Below are positions 57,131 through 64,000 of a DNA stretch of 64,000 bases, piece after piece. The position numbers and the translations under genes were made by a program. Every line of letters starts with the position of its first letter. The stretch's first letter is position 1. The stretch lies in contig JACKPK010000004.1 of NCBI GenBank assembly GCA_024233595.1, forward strand, positions 77,180 to 141,179, written 5' to 3'. The notes under the pieces were generated by a model. It saw only the letters and a list, made by a program, of their open reading frames with translations. It was not told where the DNA came from and made no database searches. This stretch comes from Deltaproteobacteria bacterium. Its GTDB lineage: Bacteria; UBA10199; JADGCS01.

Positions 57131-57706
57131 ATGATACCAAGCATCTTGCAATTCGCCACTGGCTGCGCTCAACCCAATGACAACGGTGATGAAAACACCG
57201 GCAGTGTCGACAACACACCAAATCGCGGACGCTACTCACTGAGTGTCACAGAAGCCGATAGCATTGAAGAACTGCATGAGCTCATTTCTGACACAGTTGA
57301 ACCTGGTGATTACGCTGTGGTCACCATGGCCGCAACATGGTGTGGCCCTTGTTATGAGCTTGAAGGATTTTTGCACACACTGGCTGCCTCAGACCAAGGT
57401 CGCCACCCTTACTTTCACACTTGGAATGGAGACCAAGCTGACTTTTTGGAAACACTAGAAGATAGACAAGATCCAGAATGGGGCAATATTTCACGTGAGT
57501 CCTGCGCGCGTAATATCGCCGGAGTCTTCCCCACAACCTTGGCTATGACTGTCGACGAAGACGGCCAGATTTCAGAGATTCACGACATCGATATCTACTC
57601 AGCGTTTTTCTACAACACTGAAACAGGTGATTTTGGTTACATTAACGAAACCAGAAGCAGCAACGAGCTTTACCAAGTCGAAGACGGCAATCACGATGGC
57701 GATTAA
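57131..57706 (+). CDS. Thioredoxin-fold protein with WCGPC active site
   Basis: ...VVTMAATWCGPCYELEGF... The N-terminus MIPSILQFATGC looks like a very short lipoprotein signal. There is an in-frame stop at 57083 and no alternative upstream start. Confidence 0.6.
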   Translation: MIPSILQFATGCAQPNDNGDENTGSVDNTPNRGRYSLSVTEADSIEELHELISDTVEPGDYAVVTMAATWCGPCYELEGFLHTLAASDQGRHPYFHTWNGDQADFLETLEDRQDPEWGNISRESCARNIAGVFPTTLAMTVDEDGQISEIHDIDIYSAFFYNTETGDFGYINETRSSNELYQVEDGNHDGD

Positions 57707-57715
57707 TGAATAACC

Positions 57716-58357
57716 TTAGGCGGTGCGTCTGGCGATTGTGATGCCATCGCGCACCGGCAACTGAATGACTTCCCAATTTTTTAACGAAACCAATTTGTCG
57801 TTCAAGGCTTTGATCGCTTGCGTTTCTTCGTCTTTGTTTCCGTTTTCCAACACAGAACCAGACCACAAAGTGTTATCAAAAATCATCACACCACGGCGAG
57901 CCACCAAAGACGCGCAGGCCTCAAAGTAATTGCCGTAGTTGCCCTTGTCGGCATCCACAAAAATAACCTCGAACTCACCCGCGAGTTTTTTAATGGAATC
58001 CAAAGCTGGCCCAATGAGAGGTTCGATTTTAGAACCATGCACACTTTTGGCCCAAAACGAACGCGCGATTTTGTTGGTCTCGGCATTGATATCAAGCGTG
58101 ATGACACGCCCTGTAGAAGGCATGGCCTCTGCCATGGCCAAAGCCGTGAGCCCGGTGAAACAACCAATTTCTAAAATGCGCTGCGCATGACTAATGGCCA
58201 CAAATTGTTTGAGGATCAGGCATCCGAGCTGCCCCATGAGCATCTGCGGCATGTCGACATTCTCTTTTGTGTAAGTGATGATCTCTTGGCAAACATCACT
58301 GAGTTGAGTGGAATGGCCTTCGCAATAGGCTTCGATATCGCTCTGTGTGAAACTCAT
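57716..58357 (-). CDS. Class I SAM-dependent O-methyltransferase (family 3, caffeoyl-CoA OMT/TrmR-like)
   Basis: ...ILEIGCFTGLTALAMA... (SAM motif I), ...VITLDIN..., ...FEVIFVDADKGNYGNYFE... (metal-binding D-x-D-K/N context of PF01596). Confidence 0.85.
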   Translation of the reverse strand: MSFTQSDIEAYCEGHSTQLSDVCQEIITYTKENVDMPQMLMGQLGCLILKQFVAISHAQRILEIGCFTGLTALAMAEAMPSTGRVITLDINAETNKIARSFWAKSVHGSKIEPLIGPALDSIKKLAGEFEVIFVDADKGNYGNYFEACASLVARRGVMIFDNTLWSGSVLENGNKDEETQAIKALNDKLVSLKNWEVIQLPVRDGITIARRTA

Positions 58358-58576
58358 GGTTTTCTCCTAAATATTATATAGACGGGACATTGCTACAGCC
58401 AGATCCCTAGCGGATAGCGCACATTAAAATCAATGCCCTTCCACCAGCTGCCCAAATTGAAGATTTTTTGCCCTATTTGACTAGTTTTTAAGGGTATTTT
58501 TGCATTTTGGACAAAGAAGGGATTGATTTCTTTGTGTGCGGTTGCTAGCTGCTGCCCCTCTCTTAATGAGATAACT

Positions 58577-58658
58577 GCGAGCGTGGCGGAACTGGTATAC
58601 GCACTAGGCTTAGAACCTAGCGCCGCAAGGATTGAGGGTTCGACTCCCTCCGCTCGCA
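58577..58658 (+). tRNA. tRNA-Leu (anticodon UAG)
   Basis: Manual fold. Acceptor GCGAGCG/CGCTCGC, D arm GCG...CGC, anticodon stem CTAGG/CCTAG with loop CTTAGAA (UAG). Long variable arm, T arm GAGGG-TTCGACT-CCCTC, discriminator A. CCA is not encoded. Confidence 0.9.
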
Positions 58659-58661
58659 CTA

Positions 58662-58783
58662 CATACTATTTACTCGGGCAAAAGCCCGAGTAAAAAAGGC
58701 ACGGCCACTTGAAGGCCGTTGCATATACTATTTACTCGGGCAAAAACCTGGGTAAACACGGAACGGCCACTTGAAGGCCGTTG
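58662..58783. repeat. Tandem duplication (60 + 62 nt) of a two-hairpin unit between tRNA-Leu and tig
   Basis: Unit 1: catactatttACTCGGGCaaaaGCCCGAGTaaaaaaggcACGGCCacttgaaGGCCGTtg. Unit 2 (58722-58783) is a diverged copy. A partial third start (catctatactt) follows. Confidence 0.8.
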
Positions 58784-58822
58784 CATCTATACTTATATAC
58801 CCAAATACCGAAAGCAAAAAGC

Positions 58823-60025
58823 ATGGCCACAACAAACTTAGAAAACCTTAGCGCAGTCAAAAAGAAAATCACCATCACGGTCAAAAAAGACGATGTGAAC
58901 AACTACGTCAACAAGGCCATGGACAAGGTCCGCAAATCGGCCAAAATCAACGGCTTTCGCCCTGGTAAAATCCCCAATAACGTTTTGGAAAAACATTACG
59001 GACCACAAATCGATTACGAATGTTTGAACACACTCATCAGCGAAACATTCACCAAAGCTCTGATCGAACACAAACTCACTCCCATGACAGAACCTGATTT
59101 TGACACCAAACCTTTGGACCGCGAAAAAGACTACGAGTTCACAGCGCAATTCGAAGTCAAACCAGAAGTCGAACTCAAAGAATACAAAGGCATCAAGCTC
59201 AAAAAACAAGAAGCCAAAGTCTCTGACAAAGAACTTAACGATGAGCTCGAAAGATTACGCGAAAACCTAGCCCAATTGGCTCCTGTTGAAGAAGGCGCTA
59301 AAGTCAAAAAAGGCTTGGTGGCTACAATTGATTTTGAAGGCAAATTAGATGGCGTTGCTTTTGAAGGTGGCTCTGCCAAAGATTATGTTTTTGAATACGG
59401 CAACGGCCAACTCCTAAAAGATTTTGAAGACGCCATGAAAGGCCTTGCCATTGGTGACAGCAAAGAGTTCAAAATGACCTTCCCTAAAGACTACTTTGAA
59501 AAATCTTTGGCTGGCAAAGAAGCTGACTACAAAATCACAGTGAAAAATCTTCACGTGAAAAATCTTCCCGAACTTGATGACGAAATGGCCAAAGACATTG
59601 GCAAAGAAAGCCTAAACGAAGTCAAAGAAGAGCTTAAAAAGTCTTTGGTTCGCCGCAAAGAAGACGAGTTCCGTCGCGATTACGCCGAAGAAATCAAAGC
59701 TGCTCTTTTAAAAGCACACTCTAAAATCGAAGTTCCTGAATCCATTGTGAAACAAGAAGTCGAGCGCAGCAAAAAAGAAGAAGCTGAAGTCATCAAAGAC
59801 CTTCAGATCGAGCTGATTTTAGAAGCCATTTCTCAAAAAGAAAATATTTCTGTGACCCAAGAAGAGGTCAACCAGCGCATTGCGGTTTTGGCACAAATGT
59901 ATCGCCAACCTGCCGAAGAAATCCGCAAGGTTTATCAAAAGAACAACATGTTGGGCTCTTTGGCCGCTCAGATTGTTCTCGATAAAACCTTGGATTTTGT
60001 CATCGACAACGCGAAAATGGCCTAA
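58823..60025 (+). CDS. tig: Trigger factor
   Basis: N-terminus ...KKKITITVKKDDVNNYVNKAMDKVRKSAKINGFRPGKIP (GFRPGK ribosome-binding signature), central FKBP-type PPIase, C-terminal domain. Classic tig-clpP-clpX context. Confidence 0.95.
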   Translation: MATTNLENLSAVKKKITITVKKDDVNNYVNKAMDKVRKSAKINGFRPGKIPNNVLEKHYGPQIDYECLNTLISETFTKALIEHKLTPMTEPDFDTKPLDREKDYEFTAQFEVKPEVELKEYKGIKLKKQEAKVSDKELNDELERLRENLAQLAPVEEGAKVKKGLVATIDFEGKLDGVAFEGGSAKDYVFEYGNGQLLKDFEDAMKGLAIGDSKEFKMTFPKDYFEKSLAGKEADYKITVKNLHVKNLPELDDEMAKDIGKESLNEVKEELKKSLVRRKEDEFRRDYAEEIKAALLKAHSKIEVPESIVKQEVERSKKEEAEVIKDLQIELILEAISQKENISVTQEEVNQRIAVLAQMYRQPAEEIRKVYQKNNMLGSLAAQIVLDKTLDFVIDNAKMA

Positions 60026-60093
60026 TCGCAGCAAAAAATTTCATTTTTTTGTCAAATTAGCACAGTATCTGCGTTTTTGTTCACGATTAGGTT

Positions 60094-60122
60094 TTGACAG
60101 CCCCTCTGCGCTCCTTCAAAAT
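60094..60122 (+). promoter_or_regulatory. Candidate sigma70 promoter for clpP
   Basis: TTGACA (60094-60099), 17 nt, CAAAAT (60117-60122), about 69 nt upstream of the clpP ATG. Sequence match only. Confidence 0.3.
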
Positions 60123-60190
60123 GATAATCATACACACGCCCTATTTGTTATTTTTTGTAGCGCGTTGTCATTTTTAAAAAGGGGTCATTC

Positions 60191-60838
60191 ATGTCTCATG
60201 ACATCATCAAATCCACTCTGGTTCCCATGGTTGTCGAAAACACACACCGCGGTGAGCGAGCCTACGATATCTACTCTCGCCTGCTCAAAGACCGCATCAT
60301 CTTCCTTGGGACTCCCATTGATGACAACGTTGCCAATCTGATCATCGCTCAGTTGTTGTTCTTGGAATCAGAAGACCCAGAAAAAGACATTCAAGTTTAC
60401 GTGAACTCTCCTGGTGGCTCCGTGACCGCCGGCATGGCCATTTATGACACAATGCAATACATCAAACCTGACGTCTCTACTATATGCATTGGTCAAGCGG
60501 CTTCCATGGGAGCCTTGTTGCTTTCGGCTGGCGCGGCAGGCAAACGTTACTCGCTCCCGCACTCGCGAATCATGATCCATCAGCCTTTGGGCGGCGCCCA
60601 GGGCCAAGCCACCGATATCGAGATTCATGCTAAAGAAATCCTGCGTTTGAAGGACGAACTCAATAAAATCCTGGCTCATCACACAAAACAACCCCTCAAA
60701 CGCATACAACAGGACACAGATCGGGACTATTTTATGTCTGGACTGGAAGCAAAAGAGTATGGTCTAATAGATAGTGTCGTTGAGTATCGCGATCTTGAGG
60801 CCAAAAAAGGCAAGGACAAAGATCCGAAGAAAAAATAA
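60191..60838 (+). CDS. clpP: ATP-dependent Clp protease proteolytic subunit
   Basis: ...[19 protein letters not shown]...[18 protein letters not shown]...[11 protein letters not shown]...IMIHQPLGG (Ser-His-Asp triad context). Lys-rich C-terminal extension of about 18 aa. Confidence 0.97.
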   Translation: MSHDIIKSTLVPMVVENTHRGERAYDIYSRLLKDRIIFLGTPIDDNVANLIIAQLLFLESEDPEKDIQVYVNSPGGSVTAGMAIYDTMQYIKPDVSTICIGQAASMGALLLSAGAAGKRYSLPHSRIMIHQPLGGAQGQATDIEIHAKEILRLKDELNKILAHHTKQPLKRIQQDTDRDYFMSGLEAKEYGLIDSVVEYRDLEAKKGKDKDPKKK

Positions 60839-60885
60839 TCTAAATATCCTGACGGTTATTTAGTCTCAAAGATAGAAGGTGATTC

Positions 60886-62142
60886 GTGTCAAAAAACTAC
60901 GACGATCCCATGAATTTATGCTGCTCCTTTTGCGGCAAATCTCAACGTGAAGTCAAAAAGCTCATTGCAGGCCCAACGGTCTACATTTGTGATGAGTGCA
61001 TTGACCTCTGCAACGACATCATTGCTGAAGAATCCATCAAACAGGAACAACAACGCGCTAAAACCCTGGTTCCTAAACCAAAAGACATCAAAAATGTCCT
61101 AGACGAATACGTTATTGGACAAGAACGCGCTAAACGCATCTTATCGGTTGCGGTTCATAACCACTACAAGCGCATCGAGTCCAAATCGCTCTCTAAAGAT
61201 GTCGAATTGCAAAAAAGTAATATTTTGCTCATTGGGCCAACAGGTTCTGGTAAAACACTTCTTGCTCAAACCTTGGCTCGTGTTTTGAACGTGCCTTTCA
61301 CCATTGTCGACGCCACCACTCTAACAGAAGCCGGCTATGTTGGTGAAGATGTCGAGAACATCATCTTGAATCTCTTGCAAGCGGCTGACTTTGATAAAAA
61401 CAAAGCCGAGCGTGGCATTGTCTACATCGACGAAATCGACAAAATTTCTCGTAAGTCAGAAAACCCTTCCATCACACGCGATGTGTCTGGCGAAGGTGTG
61501 CAACAGGCCTTGCTCAAAATCATTGAAGGCACCATTGCCAATGTTCCTCCTAAGGGCGGACGCAAACACCCACAGCAGGATTTTATCCAACTAGACACCA
61601 CCAACATTCTCTTCATTTGTGGCGGTGCGTTCTGTGGCTTAGACGAAATCATCGAGAAGCGCTTTTCACAAAAACAAATGGGATTTGGCTCTCAGCTTAA
61701 ATCAACAGAGAACGACAAAAAGCTCGGCGAGATCCTTTCCAAAGCGCAAACAGAAGATCTTCTTAAATTCGGTTTGATTCCCGAATTTGTTGGCCGCCTT
61801 CCGGTCATTGCCACCTTGGGCGAGTTAGACGAAGAAGCCTTGGTCGAAATCCTCACGCAACCAAAGAACGCTTTGGTCAAACAATACCAGCGTTTGTTTG
61901 AGTTCGAAAAGGTCAAACTCACTTTCACTGACGAAGCCGTTTTTGCCGTGGCCAAACAAGCCATCAGCAAAAAGTCTGGCGCTCGTGGTTTACGCACCAT
62001 CCTCGAAAACCTCATGCTCGATATCATGTATGACATCCCTTCGGAAGAAAACATCGAAGAAGTCATCATCAACGAAGATGTGGTCAAAGGTGATTGCGAC
62101 CCAATTGTGGTGGAAAAGTCAGACAAAGCTGAGACAGCGTAA
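60886..62142 (+). CDS. clpX: ATP-dependent Clp protease ATP-binding subunit ClpX
   Basis: Zn-finger [34 protein letters not shown], Walker [16 protein letters not shown], Walker [10 protein letters not shown], sensor motifs. GTG start preceded by GAAGGTGA. Confidence 0.97.
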   Translation: MSKNYDDPMNLCCSFCGKSQREVKKLIAGPTVYICDECIDLCNDIIAEESIKQEQQRAKTLVPKPKDIKNVLDEYVIGQERAKRILSVAVHNHYKRIESKSLSKDVELQKSNILLIGPTGSGKTLLAQTLARVLNVPFTIVDATTLTEAGYVGEDVENIILNLLQAADFDKNKAERGIVYIDEIDKISRKSENPSITRDVSGEGVQQALLKIIEGTIANVPPKGGRKHPQQDFIQLDTTNILFICGGAFCGLDEIIEKRFSQKQMGFGSQLKSTENDKKLGEILSKAQTEDLLKFGLIPEFVGRLPVIATLGELDEEALVEILTQPKNALVKQYQRLFEFEKVKLTFTDEAVFAVAKQAISKKSGARGLRTILENLMLDIMYDIPSEENIEEVIINEDVVKGDCDPIVVEKSDKAETA

Positions 62143-62147
62143 GAAGC

Positions 62148-62504
62148 TCAAAGTTGCTTCAGCTTTTCTTGCAACCAATCCTTAATCGCTTGCAAACTAG
62201 ATGGATCCCAAAGATTCAAAGCTTTGGTTTTGTCCAAAATGATCTGGTCATGCTGTCCTGCAAAAAACGCTGCGCTTGGGCATTTGAATAATTCCTTTGG
62301 CTCGCCCCAGCCATGATCAGCCGCATCTTCCGGGCCCCACTCACACACAACAAGATCTGTTTCCTGCATCCAAAATAATCTTAAATCACGGAATGACCCC
62401 ACTTTAATCACAGTGAATGTTCCCGCTTGCGTTGTGACCTCGTAAACCAAGCCGCAAATGCTTTGCGCACCGTCCTGAGGGTGTTTTTTTATGATTTCTT
62501 GCAC
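62148..62504 (-). CDS. Hypothetical protein
   Basis: 118-aa ORF convergent with clpX (5-nt gap). No recognisable motif. Confidence 0.45.
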   Translation of the reverse strand: MQEIIKKHPQDGAQSICGLVYEVTTQAGTFTVIKVGSFRDLRLFWMQETDLVVCEWGPEDAADHGWGEPKELFKCPSAAFFAGQHDQIILDKTKALNLWDPSSLQAIKDWLQEKLKQL

Positions 62505-62516
62505 AGGTTTTTCCCA

Positions 62517-64000
62517 TCACCTTGAAGACAGCAGAGTCTTCACATAATTTTTAGAAAAATAACTGCTCTTTGTTGGGTTCAGATCTTCTTTAAGTAAGAG
62601 AACCGCGTCTATTTTTTGAGCAACAGCGTTGATGTCATTTGCCAAGTTCGTTTCTACACGCTCATCAAAAAGCTTATTATGTGCACCCACTTCTTGCTGA
62701 TAAAGATTGCTCGAACCAGTTTTGCCAGCAATCTCCTGCAATACCCCCTGATAACTTGATGTCATCATTTTTTGGTAATGCGCAAAAGCATTTTTGATAA
62801 GCTTGGTCTTGGTACGCATCGCACCCCGGGCTTCTTGATTTGAGAAAGCAATCTTTCTTGATTTAAATTCAGCACGCTTTTATAAGCCTTTTAGATTTTC
62901 CTGCAAACAAAAAAGTCGGGAATAAGACATAACGAGACTGACAAGAAAAATGCTCTTTCAAAGTTAGAAGGCTGTCCTTCTAAATAGCTGGTCATCTGAT
63001 TGGCAAAGAGCGTCGCCGCATTGGCTCTCAGAGCAAAAGCGATGCCTCTTTTAACTGCCTTTGAATTTTTGGTGGCGCCAAACTTTTCCAGCCATCGCTG
63101 TCACCATAAATATGAACACCAATTACCGTCTTCAAGCCAATCCAAAAACAACCAGTCGAAAAAATCTGTTATTTCAAAGAGCTTCATCAAACGATCATTT
63201 AAAGTGAGCTTTGTTGGCAAAATCAAATTTGGTGCTTGACCAACAAAACGTCGTGCGCTAAAACCACACAACACCAAGTCATCAATCAAATTCCTCTGGA
63301 TCAGCACGATCAAATGAGTAAAGAATGGGCGTAATCGCCTGATATTGTCTCGGCGGGAGTGCGACAAAGACAAAAGCTGATTGATTTGCTGACTTTCTTG
63401 GCAATTGTTTTTTCTTTGCTGCAAAGTGTTTTGTGAAACATAAGTGAGCAGTTGTTTCTTGAAAATCACTGATTCCAATTTTACGATGCAAATGCGGCTG
63501 CACCGAAAAAACGTCTTCGTTTAGGATCGTTAAAAACGATGCATCATCAGACCGCAGTCCTGCTAATCAAAAATCCATGTCAAAACTAATGAGTTCCACA
63601 CCTAATTTTTGCAAAACAGTCGGCAAAAATAAATTTTATGATGCACAACCACAACTCACAAATGTACATATTGAGGGTGATGATTTTTTGAAAACCGATA
63701 AATTTGCAAAACGCGCACCTGAGTCCCGGTAACCGTACCAGCTTCCGGTTGACGTTGCTCTGGAAAAAGACTTTTGGTTAAACCTGTCATCAATTGCTCT
63801 TCCAATATGGCAGCCTTTGTTTTCAAGCACTTTTGTTTTAATTCCTTCTAAAACAACGCTGTGATCAATATTGTAAATAAAGCACTGATTGTCTTTAAGA
63901 GCGACAGTCGGCAAGCCATGAAAAGCCTTATTGGTTTCTGTTAAGATGATTTCGATTTTCTTAAAAAAATCCTGCGCTGCCTGATCAGCCTGCACCGCCG
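62517..64000 (-). pseudogene. Fragmented minus-strand gene remnants (frameshifts plus in-frame stops), runs off window edge
   Basis: ORFs 63995-63636, 63503-63282, 63478-63101 and 62819-62517 join only across stops or frame changes. There is an in-frame TGA at 63103-63101, followed by 70 more open codons in the same frame. Confidence 0.4.

Noticed and set aside
58393-58659. 88-aa minus-strand ORF upstream of tig.
   Set aside because: It overlaps the well-folded tRNA-Leu(UAG) gene (58577-58658) on the opposite strand. It is an ORF-finder artefact.
58662-58783. Possible CRISPR array (direct repeats with hairpins).
   Set aside because: There are only two full copies, directly adjacent with no spacers, and no cas genes in the window. 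It is a tandem duplication, not a CRISPR.
60054-60062. TTAGCAC half-site resembling the CIRCE (HrcA) operator upstream of clpP.
   Set aside because: Only one half of the TTAGCACTC-N9-GAGTGCTAA inverted repeat is present. No matching second arm lies within 20 nt.
63101-63103. In-frame TGA flanked by open reading frame on both sides. It was considered as selenocysteine or programmed read-through.
   Set aside because: The neighbouring segments of the same locus are also broken by frameshifts and TAA stops, and no SECIS-like hairpin follows the TGA. Other genes in the window terminate normally at TGA. Pseudogenisation is the simpler explanation.

Overview
The window is a chromosomal segment of a Gram-negative (diderm) bacterium with moderate to low GC by eye. 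It is densely packed with housekeeping genes and has a few accessory or decaying patches. All calls come from reading the sequence and ORF translations; no database search was possible.

Recognisable core genes:
- M16 peptidase (5'-truncated by the window edge), a beta-CASP RNase with an m5C RNA methyltransferase, htrA, MATE and RND efflux pumps, and uvrB.
- gshB, leucine dehydrogenase, hflKC, mpl, tamB, bamA, and a complete seven-gene mrpABCDEFG antiporter operon.
- rlpA, a glnE split into two genes, a T. ferrooxidans-type gshA candidate, thioredoxin-fold genes, and the classic tRNA-Leu(UAG)-tig-clpP-clpX block.

No rRNA, CRISPR array, intact transposase or integrase was seen.

Most notable non-housekeeping content:
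1. Two adjacent secreted Cys-rich proteins (46.2-51.6 kb) carry MopE-type CDGxDNDCDG motifs. One contains an 8 x 17-aa C-x3-C tandem array. Both share a Cys-containing C-terminal tail (motif, hydrophobic helix, basic cluster) that resembles MYXO-CTERM or GlyGly-CTERM sorting signals. Each gene is preceded by a sigma54-type -24/-12 element.
2. A 2.1-kb stretch with no ORF longer than 99 codons (6.6-8.7 kb) and a second fragmented locus (62.5-64 kb) both look like decayed genes.
3. A family of modular, nested palindromic intergenic repeats occurs at three or more loci.
4. GTACGTAC-core palindromes sit in two unrelated promoter regions.
5. A histidine kinase has its H-box His replaced by Arg.

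The motif content suggests a Bdellovibrionota/Myxococcota-like lineage. That is inference only.
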